A DNA stretch of 64,000 nucleotides, taken from IMG/VR virus record IMGVR_UViG_3300031227_016742; one strand, given 5' to 3'. The DNA is from an uncultured virus (IMG/VR IMGVR_UViG_3300031227_016742). Its lineage: Duplodnaviria > Heunggongvirae > Uroviricota > Caudoviricetes. The position numbers and the translations under genes were made by a program. Position 1 is the stretch's first letter; every line of letters starts with the position of its first letter. Positions 27,088 to 36,523 of this stretch are shown here, piece by piece. The notes under the pieces were generated by a model. It was not told where the DNA came from. It searched no databases and saw only the letters and a program-made list of their open reading frames with translations.

Positions 27088-27338
27088 TCGACCGTGATCG
27101 TCTCGACATCCTCTGCGCTCAGGCTGTCGGTGAATCGATCCTCACCGGCTGCGATGCCTGTGAGGGTGAAGGGTGGGATGACAACCCCGACGGCCTCACA
27201 CATGGCCCTGGTGAGGGCTGCTGCACGGCCTGTGGAGGGACGGGGCGCGTGGTGCCACCCATGCTGGTTCCCGACCCGTGGGAGCGAGATGCTGTTGACC
27301 TGGAGGCGTTCATGGCCCAGGTGGCGATCCCCCGCTGA
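27084..27338 (+). CDS. small protein with DnaJ-type CxxCxGxG zinc repeats
   Basis: CDACEGEG and CTACGGTG. Confidence 0.6.
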   Translation: MIDRDRLDILCAQAVGESILTGCDACEGEGWDDNPDGLTHGPGEGCCTACGGTGRVVPPMLVPDPWERDAVDLEAFMAQVAIPR

Positions 27339-27348
27339 CATGACCACC

Positions 27349-27377
27349 TTGCCACTGGTGGTAGCAGGTGTTAGGTA
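27349..27377 (+). promoter_or_regulatory. Promoter/operator
   Basis: TTGCCA-17-TAGGTA; TGCCAC-TGGTG-GTAGCA. Confidence 0.65.
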
Positions 27378-27402
27378 CATGGCATCACCATTGGAGCGAG
27401 CC

Positions 27403-28095
27403 ATGCAGCACACCACCGACGACGGCTACACCCTGCGGGCCTTCAGCTCGATGTACGTCGACCAGGGCCTCGAGATCTCCCATCCCGACCACGACGGGCC
27501 CCTGTTCTACAACCCCTGTTGCCTCTCTGCCGAGAGCTATGGCCGCAAGCCGAACCCCGAGAGGGGCTTCGACGACCACGACGAGGCCGAGCTGGCCGAG
27601 ACAGAGGGAGACGAAGACGCCTTCGTGCCCTGGGACGAGGACGACTGGTCCGAGTGCTTGTCCTCCGAGGCTGGGGATTTTCTCGAGGCCTTTCTCCCCG
27701 AACATCTGCTGGGCACCAGCGCTCAGGAGGATCAGACCATGACCACCGGCAACGAGGCTGCCTGGCAGCCCTTCTTCTACGACTGCAGCTCCGGCTGGGG
27801 CCGCATCGACAGCGTCCATGCGTGGATCGGGCTGCTCGAGAACCTCGCTGCGACGCACAAAGAGAGGGCCCTCGAGCATGCGCTGGGCGGCCAGGTCGCT
27901 CCGATGGAGAACATCGAACAGGTCCCACGGCTCTACTTCCTGGGGGCTCCAGGGGTCTCGGAAGGCAAGCTGCCCAGCTTCGGCTGGCGCTGTGAGCACA
28001 CCGGCTCCTTCACCCTGCGTGAGTGGGCCGCGGCCCACGGCATGGACCTGGTGATGGGTGCCTACGAACACGAAGAGCTGGACGAGGAGAGGTAG
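27403..28095 (+). CDS. hypothetical protein (internal in-frame start at 27739)
   Basis: GGAG SD; internal AGGAGG plus ATG. Confidence 0.65.
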   Translation: MQHTTDDGYTLRAFSSMYVDQGLEISHPDHDGPLFYNPCCLSAESYGRKPNPERGFDDHDEAELAETEGDEDAFVPWDEDDWSECLSSEAGDFLEAFLPEHLLGTSAQEDQTMTTGNEAAWQPFFYDCSSGWGRIDSVHAWIGLLENLAATHKERALEHALGGQVAPMENIEQVPRLYFLGAPGVSEGKLPSFGWRCEHTGSFTLREWAAAHGMDLVMGAYEHEELDEER

Positions 28096-28098
28096 ATC

Positions 28099-28446
28099 AT
28101 GGCCAGCGTCTACGAGGTCCGCTGGAGCGCGGCCAAGAAGCTGTGGAGCGAGATCGCCGAGCTGTGCGACGACGGCCGCTTCGAGGTCCGCTACAGTGGC
28201 ATGATGGGAGAGGTCGTCATCGACGAGCAGGGCGGCTTCAGTGGACAAGGAGGCATCAGCTGGAAGCCGAAAGGCAACAGCACCTTCGTGGTGATGGACA
28301 GGTCTGTGGAGCTGGACAACGGCATCCGTGACACCGTTGCCGCGTACCGAGAGCACACGCTGGGCCAGGTCACCGTCAGCAAGCTGCTCGATCTGCAGAC
28401 CGCGCTGACCATGGTCCGGACCTTTCCGAAGAAGGACGAAGTGTAA
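28099..28446 (+). CDS. hypothetical protein
   Basis: GAGG SD. Confidence 0.7.
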   Translation: MASVYEVRWSAAKKLWSEIAELCDDGRFEVRYSGMMGEVVIDEQGGFSGQGGISWKPKGNSTFVVMDRSVELDNGIRDTVAAYREHTLGQVTVSKLLDLQTALTMVRTFPKKDEV

Positions 28447-28482
28447 AGCTCGTGATACCCTGGGGATCGACAGGAGGTCCTC

Positions 28483-29664
28483 ATGGACATGTCGATATTG
28501 GACATCGAGATCGAGCTGATGTTGGACGATCTGGGCGAAGACGATGATCTGTACGGCTGGACCGACGGTGGACGTCTCCCATACCGCAACCAGCCTGTCG
28601 GAGGAGTGGACGGCCAGCGCGATGACGACTACGGCGGAGTCGGCGAGGTCGACACCCGTGAGCTCATCGAGGGGACCTTCGAGATCGCGGGCTCTTCGGA
28701 CGCTCGTGGTGGATCTGCCCAGCTCCGCAACGTGGAGACCGGGGACATGTTCATCATCCAGGCCGGCGACCGGCTGGGCTATGCCGAGGTGAGCCACATC
28801 GACGCCTCCGGGGTGGAGATGGCCGGTGACGACGGGTCTCTGTACGTGGTGGGGGTCGGAGCGAGAAGAGGATCGAAGAGGAAGGAGGCCAGTTTTGGAA
28901 AGAAGCCGTTCCACCTCTGGCAACGTCCAAGCGAAATCAGCGAAGAGCACTGGGCCAACATCATCGACGAGCTCGAGTGCGACTTCATGCGTCGAATGCG
29001 TACCGTGAGGGAGCTTCGCCGAGAGGGCCTTCCTGTCGATCCGGAAGAACTACCTACCGTCCTTTTCCAGCAGGGGGCGTACAGCTATGCGGTAGAAGGC
29101 GCCAAGCTGGAGAAGCTCGGTCAGAAAATCCTGGAAGAGGATGGGGTCGTCCCGTCCTGCGATCCACGTTATCTCGAGCAGGACAAGATCGTCGAGAGGT
29201 ACGCCAGGATATGCGGTCAGTCGTTGGGGATGTCAGAACCGGATCGGTATGTCGAGATTCGGGGTGGGACCACCTGTAAACAGACAACTCCAGAGATAGC
29301 AGGGTGGACATTCAACGAACTCGATGAACGGTTCGACCAGGAAGAGTGCAACATCGAGTACGATAGGCTCACCTCTGGAATCACAGACGAAGACTGGGAG
29401 TCTGCGATCGCCGCGATCGAGTCCGGAGACCCGTCGGACTTCCGGCCAACGACCTCGGTGATGCCACCTCCCACCGTCAGATTTGGTGCGGTCGACACCA
29501 TGCTGCAGCACCGCTACGGCGGCACTTGGTCCGAGCAGTCCATCGCCCCGCCCGGGCCCGTGATGAAGACCAGCAGTGATCCGGTGAGCCCCGACGCCAT
29601 GGGCGCCATTCGCGCCGCGGGCTTCCTGGCTACCGGAGCCGGCGGCCAGCTGTACATCCCGTAA
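28483..29664 (+). CDS. acidic hypothetical protein
   Basis: AGGAGG SD; 393 aa ORF. Confidence 0.75.
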   Translation: MDMSILDIEIELMLDDLGEDDDLYGWTDGGRLPYRNQPVGGVDGQRDDDYGGVGEVDTRELIEGTFEIAGSSDARGGSAQLRNVETGDMFIIQAGDRLGYAEVSHIDASGVEMAGDDGSLYVVGVGARRGSKRKEASFGKKPFHLWQRPSEISEEHWANIIDELECDFMRRMRTVRELRREGLPVDPEELPTVLFQQGAYSYAVEGAKLEKLGQKILEEDGVVPSCDPRYLEQDKIVERYARICGQSLGMSEPDRYVEIRGGTTCKQTTPEIAGWTFNELDERFDQEECNIEYDRLTSGITDEDWESAIAAIESGDPSDFRPTTSVMPPPTVRFGAVDTMLQHRYGGTWSEQSIAPPGPVMKTSSDPVSPDAMGAIRAAGFLATGAGGQLYIP

Positions 29665-29821
29665 GAGCCTACGGCTAACAGCCTACAGCTCACAGCCGCT
29701 ACGCACCGGAAGAGCGGTGCTCGTCCCTGGCGAACAGAGTGAGCCCTTCAGGCTGTTGGCTGTCAGCTGTTGGCTGTCAGCTGTCGGCTGTCGGCTGTCG
29801 GCTGTTGGCTGTCAGCTCGCT
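29665..29821. repeat. Pair of oppositely oriented heptamer arrays between convergent genes
   Basis: (ACAGCCT/ACAGCTC) at 29665-29704; about 9 (RGCTGTY) units at 29751-29821. Confidence 0.85.
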
Positions 29822-29823
29822 CG

Positions 29824-30456
29824 TCACCGCAGGTGACCGAGCAAGGCGGCGACCGTTCGCTCCAGCTTCCACACCGCCGCGCCAAGGATCATGTCTCCGT
29901 ACGGGCTACTCACAGGCTGCTGCGGCCACCTGGCCACCGCCTCTTCTGCGGCCCGACCCAGGACCATCAAGACGGTGTACGCGGCCTGGGCAGCCTCGAG
30001 GACTGGACCAGGGATGCCTGCGCAGGCCACCAGCTCGGACTGACGCCTCCTGGCGAGCCCCGACAGTCTCGGGCCTTTCCTCCGCATGCTGTACACGGTC
30101 TTGCGCACCCACTCATCGTAGCCCTCTGGGGGATTGTTGATCTTCTGGGCATACAGCGGCCTGGCGTACTCGGTCATGCACTTGGTGACGATGCCTATCT
30201 CCTCGAGGATGTGGTCTTGCTCGTAGGGGAGCTCCTCGAGCCACAGGGACCACGCTGGGCCCTCTCCGTGGGTGACCCGGGCCAAGCTCCCCAGCGATCC
30301 CAGGATACAGTGGCAGGCCTCTGCGACGCGCTGAACACCGATCTCGTACTCGGTGTAGCTCTCGAATCCACCCCCGGTTGGCATGCCGCCGTACAGCAGG
30401 GACGAGAGGGGACACTGCACGTCGATGCCAAGGCGTCTGGAGAGGGTCTCATCCAT
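29824..30456 (-). CDS. hypothetical protein
   Basis: ORF with consistent codon usage. Confidence 0.6.
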   Translation of the reverse strand: MDETLSRRLGIDVQCPLSSLLYGGMPTGGGFESYTEYEIGVQRVAEACHCILGSLGSLARVTHGEGPAWSLWLEELPYEQDHILEEIGIVTKCMTEYARPLYAQKINNPPEGYDEWVRKTVYSMRRKGPRLSGLARRRQSELVACAGIPGPVLEAAQAAYTVLMVLGRAAEEAVARWPQQPVSSPYGDMILGAAVWKLERTVAALLGHLR

Positions 30457-30628
30457 TATTGTTTTCCCTGTCAGCCATGGTGAGCGAAGCGAGCCGAGCG
30501 GTTAGCGGTTAGCGGTTAGCGGTTATCTACGAGCGGAACGAGTATTGTTTTCCCTGTCAGCCATGGTGAGCGAAGCGAGCCGAGCGGTTAGCGGTTAGCG
30601 GTTAGCGGTTATCTACGAGCGGAGCGAG
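30457..30628. repeat. 86-bp tandem duplication, each copy containing (AGCGGTT)4
   Basis: Copies 30457-30542 and 30543-30628, one mismatch. Confidence 0.95.
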
Positions 30629-30639
30629 TTCGAGTGTCA

Positions 30640-32631
30640 TCATCTCGGATCCTCCACCCGGTCGAGGTCCTCGTCGTAGAACGACACAGACAATAGCGCA
30701 GCTTCGGGCACGGTGATCTCCGGTTCACGGTCTGTCAGAGACCCCGAGGTCACCGTGTCGGGATCGAAGCGATACCTTAGCAGGACGTTCATCTCGTGCC
30801 CAGCGTAGTGGTCGAGGCAATACTCGGCGCTGGGCGCCAAGAAGATTCCGGGACCCGGCATCCTGTGCAACGATCCGGGCTCGATGGCGAGGTCTATCCT
30901 CGAGTTGGCCCCAGAGACGACACGTCCAGACTCTGGATCGAAGCGCATGACCTTGTAGCCGACCAGGCCATCTCCATCGTGTTCCCAGTGCCAGAGACGT
31001 TCGAACGGATCTGGCCACTCTGTCTCTGGTTCGTCTCCACCGAGGGCCTCGGAGACCAGATCGCGGCCGTAGTCGGAGAACCATCCGAGCGCCATCTCGT
31101 CGTTCCCGCCGAACAACCTACCTGGCCTGCTGTCCGCAGAGCTTTGGTTCCACCAAAACGGCTCCTCGAGGCCCTCATGGCGCTGACGGATGCGGTGCAT
31201 GAAGATCGACAACCTGTCATGGGCCTGCTCGTCCCTGATGGATCCGTTGCCCGGTCCCTGGACGTCCTCTGTCGGTAGCGTTGGATCGACCCGGGCCTCC
31301 CAGGTTGCTTGGCTGCGTCCCGTGGGGTCCCTGTAGGAGAAGACGCGGACCTTTCCTTCCCGCAGCAGTCTGGGGTGGCCCCAGCGCTCGGTCCCGATGC
31401 AGTGGTTCATCCCTCTCCCCTCATGTCTCATCCCGAGGGTCGTGAGAACTTCGACGATCGACGCCCCGTCGGAGAAGGCACGCAGCGTGGTGAAGTCCTC
31501 GCCGAGCTCGGCATCCTCGATGTCTTCCTCTTCGTCTTCTCTCTCATCCTCGAGGAAGGCCTCTTGGTGGGTGGCCACCGCGTGGTTGATCAGCGCATGG
31601 ATCGGGCTCTGGAACCTCTGGGCCTCCATCATGGCGTCAGGACGAGCCCGCAGGTGGTCCCGGATCATCGAGATGGCCTGTCTCATGGGCTGCGCCATCA
31701 TCACGACCCTCTCGATCCACAGCGCAGTCATCAGCCGCAGCTTGTCGCGGACGACGAGCATGGCCTCCGAGTCCGAGTCGAGGTTATTGTCCATGGAGTC
31801 GAACCAGAGCAGCTCGTCTACCAGGCTCCGCCAATCTCCAGAGTTTTCCAGGCGCGCAATCCTTCCATCGAGAGCCCTCGACCCGGGCCCGCTCACTTCC
31901 GCCAGGAAGACGGCATAGGACAGGTCCGTGATGAAGGCGCTTCCGTCGGTGATGGAGATCAGGACGGACAGCGGCCCATCCGCTGTCTCGACCTCGAAGG
32001 TCTCGGTGAGAAGCGGGCTCTTCTCTCCGACCTCCCAGACCACGGTCGCTATCTTCCGAAGACGTCCGTCATCATCGGACAAGTCGGCGTGCAGCTGACG
32101 GTACCACCCGGGAGCATTACGGTACGCGGCCGAGATCCCGACCATATCCCAAGGGGCGTTGAACACGTCCTCGTAGCTCTGCTCCCATGCTGCTTCGTAC
32201 AGCTCGTCCGGGGCCAGGTCGACCCCGAGATCTTCGATGTCGCCGTAGGTCCGACCCGTCACGGTCTCGTGCATGTTGAAGTCCCACAGGTCTTCGGCAT
32301 ACGGGATGCCGTGCTCGGTGGCCATCTTCGCGAACCAGACCATCAACCGACCGATCTCGGGCCGGTCACCGAGGACGTTCCACATCTGATGCTCTGGGCC
32401 TGCCAGCAGGTTCCGTGTTGTGCGCTCGAAGATGTAGTCCAGCCACCCCATCACGTCGTCTGGGATGTTCTGGGTCTCGAGCCAGTCCCAACGACGCTGC
32501 AGCAGGCTGCGGGTGTCCACCGCGACCACCGGCGCCAGCTGTAGGCGCCCCTGCAGGTGCTGCAGTGTCCCGCGCCGGGTGTCGGCACTGGGAGAGCACA
32601 GCAGGACTGATGAGAGGGGCACGGCAATCAT
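30640..32631 (-). CDS. Leader plus PcfJ-like domain plus C-terminal ART-like domain
   Basis: EGRGMNHCIG, VFSYRD, ATWE, VQGPGN; C-terminal VGYKVM...GIFLA...EPE. Confidence 0.6.
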   Translation of the reverse strand: MIAVPLSSVLLCSPSADTRRGTLQHLQGRLQLAPVVAVDTRSLLQRRWDWLETQNIPDDVMGWLDYIFERTTRNLLAGPEHQMWNVLGDRPEIGRLMVWFAKMATEHGIPYAEDLWDFNMHETVTGRTYGDIEDLGVDLAPDELYEAAWEQSYEDVFNAPWDMVGISAAYRNAPGWYRQLHADLSDDDGRLRKIATVVWEVGEKSPLLTETFEVETADGPLSVLISITDGSAFITDLSYAVFLAEVSGPGSRALDGRIARLENSGDWRSLVDELLWFDSMDNNLDSDSEAMLVVRDKLRLMTALWIERVVMMAQPMRQAISMIRDHLRARPDAMMEAQRFQSPIHALINHAVATHQEAFLEDEREDEEEDIEDAELGEDFTTLRAFSDGASIVEVLTTLGMRHEGRGMNHCIGTERWGHPRLLREGKVRVFSYRDPTGRSQATWEARVDPTLPTEDVQGPGNGSIRDEQAHDRLSIFMHRIRQRHEGLEEPFWWNQSSADSRPGRLFGGNDEMALGWFSDYGRDLVSEALGGDEPETEWPDPFERLWHWEHDGDGLVGYKVMRFDPESGRVVSGANSRIDLAIEPGSLHRMPGPGIFLAPSAEYCLDHYAGHEMNVLLRYRFDPDTVTSGSLTDREPEITVPEAALLSVSFYDEDLDRVEDPR

Positions 32632-32663
32632 GGTCAGAGCATAACACCCAGGGGCCGGTGCCC

Positions 32664-33119
32664 CTATACCGGATCCGGGTCTCCAGCGATTCCCATGGAC
32701 AACATCACCGAGGAGGCAAAGCTGGGCTCACCGTCCTCCATCTTCGGCCGGAAACTCGGCACCATGAGCCCCACGATGTCAACGACGGCCCCTGCACGGT
32801 CCTTCCTGTCCCACATCGCCTCGATCTCCGCGGCGATCTCGGCTGGGTCATTGGGCATGCTCCTGTCTCTGAGAAAGTCCGCGCCCGCCTTACGAACAGT
32901 CTTCAGCACTATCCTGTGCGCCTCGACGAGACGCTCCGGGATCTCTTCTTCCTTCCGGGTCAAGGTCCAGCGGAACAGCATGTAGGTCTGGGCCATCTGA
33001 CGGTCTTTTTCGTTCGGATCACCGGCCAAGACCCTGCGCACCATGATGTCATTGAAGGCTATCCCGGCCTCGAGCTCGCGCTGCTTCCTGGTGGTCTTGG
33101 ACTTGGCGGCTTTTCCCAT
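32664..33119 (-). CDS. hypothetical protein
   Basis: AGGAG SD; shares E.G.AF.D and DP motifs with 33553-34203. Confidence 0.65.
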   Translation of the reverse strand: MGKAAKSKTTRKQRELEAGIAFNDIMVRRVLAGDPNEKDRQMAQTYMLFRWTLTRKEEEIPERLVEAHRIVLKTVRKAGADFLRDRSMPNDPAEIAAEIEAMWDRKDRAGAVVDIVGLMVPSFRPKMEDGEPSFASSVMLSMGIAGDPDPV

Positions 33120-33174
33120 GATGGCTCCTGTGCGCGATGGGTGTTCGATGAAGACTACGGAGCGAGCACCGGCA

Positions 33175-33549
33175 TCACTCGATCCCGAGTTGACCCATCC
33201 ACTTGGACGCCTCGGGCAGCTGCCAGCGGATGGTACCGGCCGCACTCCAAGCCCTGACGACCTTGCCGTACACCTTGCTCTCGTGGCACCAGCCGTTGAC
33301 CCGCCCGTGGTTGTTGGCGATCTGGTAGCGGTTCGGCTGGACCCCGTTGACCAGGTGGGTGAATGTAGACCCCTTCACCGTGCACAGCACGATGTCTCCG
33401 CGCTCGAGCTTTTCGCCCTCGGCGATGGGAGCGATCAGCATCCTGTCTCCCGAGTGCAACTTGGGCGTCATGGAGTTTCCGTGGCCTACGTGCACCACCG
33501 GACGCCCCGCCTTCAGCTCTGCGATCTCTCTGTGTGGGCTTCTTCCCAT
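33175..33549 (-). CDS. S24/S26 peptidase-like protein
   Basis: GNSMTPKL.SGD, GDIVL. Confidence 0.7.
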   Translation of the reverse strand: MGRSPHREIAELKAGRPVVHVGHGNSMTPKLHSGDRMLIAPIAEGEKLERGDIVLCTVKGSTFTHLVNGVQPNRYQIANNHGRVNGWCHESKVYGKVVRAWSAAGTIRWQLPEASKWMGQLGIE

Positions 33550-33552
33550 GTC

Positions 33553-34203
33553 TCACTCTCCTTCCTCGCTCTCGATAGAGCTGATGTACCGCTCGATCCC
33601 TTCTCCCGACCCGGTCAGGATACCCCTGGTGAAGCCTTCGTTCGAGACGGTGTTCGGCATCCTGTGAGCACTGACGACACCCGACCGCTCGCCCGTGAGT
33701 ATCCAGGCGATCGGATCATAGTTGATCGGAGCGCGCTTCATCTTGTGGCTGTCGTACAGGGCAAAGCCCGTGCTCGGGTCCACCAGCTTGGAGATGCTGA
33801 TGCCCTCTCCTTCGCTGTGGACGATGTCCAGCACCGCACGGTACTCCTCCATGGCCCGCCAGTAGGCTTCGCCGACATCATCGCGCTTCAACCCGTAGGC
33901 CTGGCACAGCTTCATGCTGCGCTTTCCCATCGAGGCGATGATGGATCTCCTGCTGACGAGCTCTTCGGCGGGGATCGTGGGGCACTCCTTCTCGGAGTCG
34001 AGCAGGTAAGGCCGGGTTCGCATGAAGTCCGTCAGGATCTCCCTGACGTTGTCCTCCCCCTCCTCCCGCAGCGCTATCCAGTCGGTGGCTTTGCAAATGT
34101 GATCGAGAAACGCGACTCCCGCCTCGACATGGAAGCGGTCCTTCTGGCTCTGCCTGTGCTTGCGGCGAGAGACCCGCCTGCGCTTGTCGTTCTTGCGGCT
34201 CAT
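33553..34203 (-). CDS. hypothetical protein
   Basis: ORF in coupled operon. Confidence 0.65.
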   Translation of the reverse strand: MSRKNDKRRRVSRRKHRQSQKDRFHVEAGVAFLDHICKATDWIALREEGEDNVREILTDFMRTRPYLLDSEKECPTIPAEELVSRRSIIASMGKRSMKLCQAYGLKRDDVGEAYWRAMEEYRAVLDIVHSEGEGISISKLVDPSTGFALYDSHKMKRAPINYDPIAWILTGERSGVVSAHRMPNTVSNEGFTRGILTGSGEGIERYISSIESEEGE

Positions 34204-34490
34204 GGGACCACCACCAGCCGCTGTGCACCTACCGCCTCGAGTAAGATGGCTGCGGTGTTCTTCAGGAACCAGACGACGTTGCCCTCGGTGGCCTGCAGCC
34301 ACCGCATCGGGCCACGCCTCATGAAGGCCTTCACCGGCCTGTACGGCGTCTGCTGCCCTCTGGTCGATGGTGTCAGGTGAAGGAAGGTCGCCAGGACCTG
34401 AGTGTGCTCGAGGCACATCTTCACGACATGCCGGTCACACAGCGCTCTGGCTGCCTCGGTGGGATCTTTGTCGATTCCGAACACGTTCAC
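34200..34490 (-). pseudogene. Pyrimidine-dimer DNA glycosylase-like N-terminal fragment
   Basis: MNVF.ID.DP..AA..LCD.HVVKM.LE..Q.L; only 96 aa. Confidence 0.6.
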
Positions 34491-34493
34491 CTC

Positions 34494-34634
34494 TCATTTC
34501 CTGTCGAAGATCCACCCGAGCACGCCGAGCACGATGCCGAATGCGAGAAAGAGCAAGACGAGGTGGATCCCCACGTCGCTCTCGGAGACCAGAACCGCGG
34601 ACTCGCTGGCGCGTACGACAAGCTCGCCTTTCAT
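34494..34634 (-). CDS. small membrane protein
   Basis: 46-aa ORF with TM segment, ATGA overlap. Confidence 0.5.
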   Translation of the reverse strand: MKGELVVRASESAVLVSESDVGIHLVLLFLAFGIVLGVLGWIFDRK

Positions 34635-35035
34635 ACAGTCGGCCCTGAGGAGGGCTTCTGCGTGGCCTGGGAGGACTGCAGCTCACCTTCTCGCATCGCT
34701 TTCACGATGAGCGCCGTCCGCTCGAGGCTGTCCCGCAAGGCCCCGGAGTCCTTGCCCGTGCCGTCGTGCAAGCACTCCTCCACGTGGTCTCGGGCGTTGG
34801 ACCAGTGGTAGATGCCCGCCGAGGTCATGAAACACACCAGGGCCGTGATGCGCTGCAGGTCAATCTTCAGCAGGTCCCGATCGGTGGAGTTCTTCACCGT
34901 GAAGTCGACGACCTGGTCGATCTGCCAGTACAGCAGCTGGTACCAGGGCGCCCTATCGTTCCATACCTGATGGACACGAGCGATGATGATGTCCTGGACA
35001 CCGGGGGTGGGCTGGGGGTAGACGGGCTTGGGCAT
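34631..35035 (-). CDS. hypothetical protein
   Basis: AGGAG SD downstream of promoter. Confidence 0.7.
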   Translation of the reverse strand: MPKPVYPQPTPGVQDIIIARVHQVWNDRAPWYQLLYWQIDQVVDFTVKNSTDRDLLKIDLQRITALVCFMTSAGIYHWSNARDHVEECLHDGTGKDSGALRDSLERTALIVKAMREGELQSSQATQKPSSGPTV

Positions 35036-35060
35036 GACTCTCTCCTGTCGTTGTGGAAAG

Positions 35061-35089
35061 AGCTTAACAGCTGCCACTGTCAGTGGCAA
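35061..35089 (-). promoter_or_regulatory. Promoter/operator
   Basis: TTGCCA-17-TAAGCT on minus; TGCCAC-TGTCA-GTGGCA. Confidence 0.75.
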
Positions 35090-35312
35090 GCTTCATCTCA
35101 TCCTTCGTGACAGATCCTCTGGATCGATCCTGTGCATGGGCGCCATTCGTCGCTCGATCTCCTCCCTGGCCAGGTCCCCCTCTTCAGCCAGGGCTCGTAG
35201 CGTCTCTTCGTCCCAGGTCACATCTTGTCCATGCGGCTGCGGGCATGTGTCGTCAGCGCCATCCTGACAGGTAGAGGCGGTGACTGTACCGATGGAGGAA
35301 TGGGAGGTGTGC

Positions 35313-35471
35313 ATGCGCTACGACTTCCGCTGGATCGAGGTCCAAGGAGAAGAGAGAGAAGGCCTGACGGCGGCCCTGAAGCTGAACGGAAACACGGGAT
35401 GGAGCCCGGCCTTCATCGAGAGAGCCGATGGGGCCTGGTGGGTGCTGCTGCAGCGCCAGGTCATTCGATAG
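35313..35471 (+). CDS. small hypothetical protein
   Basis: GGAGG SD; MRYDFRW...GWS. Confidence 0.5.
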   Translation: MRYDFRWIEVQGEEREGLTAALKLNGNTGWSPAFIERADGAWWVLLQRQVIR

Positions 35472-35856
35472 GGCTCCAGCCGTGCTTCGCGCAGACCTCG
35501 CGGAACGCTGTGATCTCGTCTGGCTCCAGCCGCAGACAGACCATCACGGCACCACCGCGCCAGGCATTGATCAGCGCCTCGGTGTCGACACCGTACGCTT
35601 CGATAGCCCGTACATGGACGCCGTTGACCGTGACCTTCCCAGGCATCGGGCCACTGCCCTGCCAGCCCAGCACTCCGATCTGTTCATCGAAGTCGTACTC
35701 GGTCTCGTTGTCGAGGATCGGCTGCCCGGTCTCCTCGTCGCACTCCATCATGCCATCATCGTGGAACCAGTCACCGGCCAGGATCTTGTCATCGCTCCAG
35801 TCTCGGTAGAAGGCCTTGATCTCAGCGCCGGTCATCATCGTTCGTACACGGCTCAT
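35461..35856 (-). CDS. hypothetical protein
   Basis: ATGA overlap. Confidence 0.65.
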   Translation of the reverse strand: MSRVRTMMTGAEIKAFYRDWSDDKILAGDWFHDDGMMECDEETGQPILDNETEYDFDEQIGVLGWQGSGPMPGKVTVNGVHVRAIEAYGVDTEALINAWRGGAVMVCLRLEPDEITAFREVCAKHGWSPIE

Positions 35857-36311
35857 CCGATCGCCATGTTCACGGGGTAGCCCTCGAAGGTCGCGAACAT
35901 CTCGCTCAACTCTTCGTACACCTCGCTGTCGACCTCTGCGTACAGCACCGGGCCACGGAGGATGTCCGTCACGATCTTGCCCTTGTACCCGGTCGCCCGA
36001 ACAGCTGTCCTGAACCTCAGGCGCACGCCCTTGTGCGCCTTCGGGTCTCGGGCCCTGGACTCTCTCGATGCCTGCTCCGGTCGGCTGTCGTACGGATCGA
36101 TGACCGGCAGGTCCCGCCCGCGGCGGGAGAGGTAGATCACGGACCCGCACTTCTCCCCGGTCCTGCGCTCGACCCTGCGGCCGATGGTGCGCCAGCCGCG
36201 CCTGGCTCTGGCGCAGTGGGCGCCCCCATGGTTCGGCTCGGAGTTCTCCCAGCGCGGCCCGTTGTCCTGGCGGTGCTTCTCGCCTCGGCGATGATTCGGT
36301 CCGTTGCTCAT
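35853..36311 (-). CDS. basic hypothetical protein
   Basis: GGAG SD. Confidence 0.55.
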   Translation of the reverse strand: MSNGPNHRRGEKHRQDNGPRWENSEPNHGGAHCARARRGWRTIGRRVERRTGEKCGSVIYLSRRGRDLPVIDPYDSRPEQASRESRARDPKAHKGVRLRFRTAVRATGYKGKIVTDILRGPVLYAEVDSEVYEELSEMFATFEGYPVNMAIG

Positions 36312-36330
36312 TGTCAGACTCCATACACGG

Positions 36331-36368
36331 CCTGTAGGACTCCAGACCCCAGACCCCAGAGCTACGCG
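36331..36368 (+). repeat. Heptamer element (CCAGACC)n
   Basis: CCAGACC x2 plus CCAGAGC, with CCTGTAGG and GCTACGC. Confidence 0.5.
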
Positions 36369-36397
36369 CTCAGGTCATAGATCTTGACATAAAAAGA

Positions 36398-36478
36398 TGG
36401 CACCCCTGGCGGGACTCGAACCCAATGCGACCTGCCGCTTAGGAGGCGGCTGCTCTAATCCGACTGAGCTACAGGGGC
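36398..36478 (-). tRNA. tRNA-Arg(CCT) with 3-nt insertion in T-stem
   Basis: GCCGC-CTCCTAA-GCGGC anticodon arm, GCTC/GAGC D-arm, TTCGAGT loop, CCA end. Confidence 0.9.
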
Positions 36479-36523
36479 ATGCTCTACCGTGAGTAGAGTA
36501 GCCCATCTTGTGACCGTCGTCCA

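Noticed and set aside
30457..30628. Possible CRISPR array
   Set aside because: Two adjacent 86-bp copies with no unique spacers and no cas genes; the heptamer loci also lack repeat-spacer structure
36398..36478. tRNA as integration (att) site
   Set aside because: No integrase and no duplicated tRNA 3' end seen in the window
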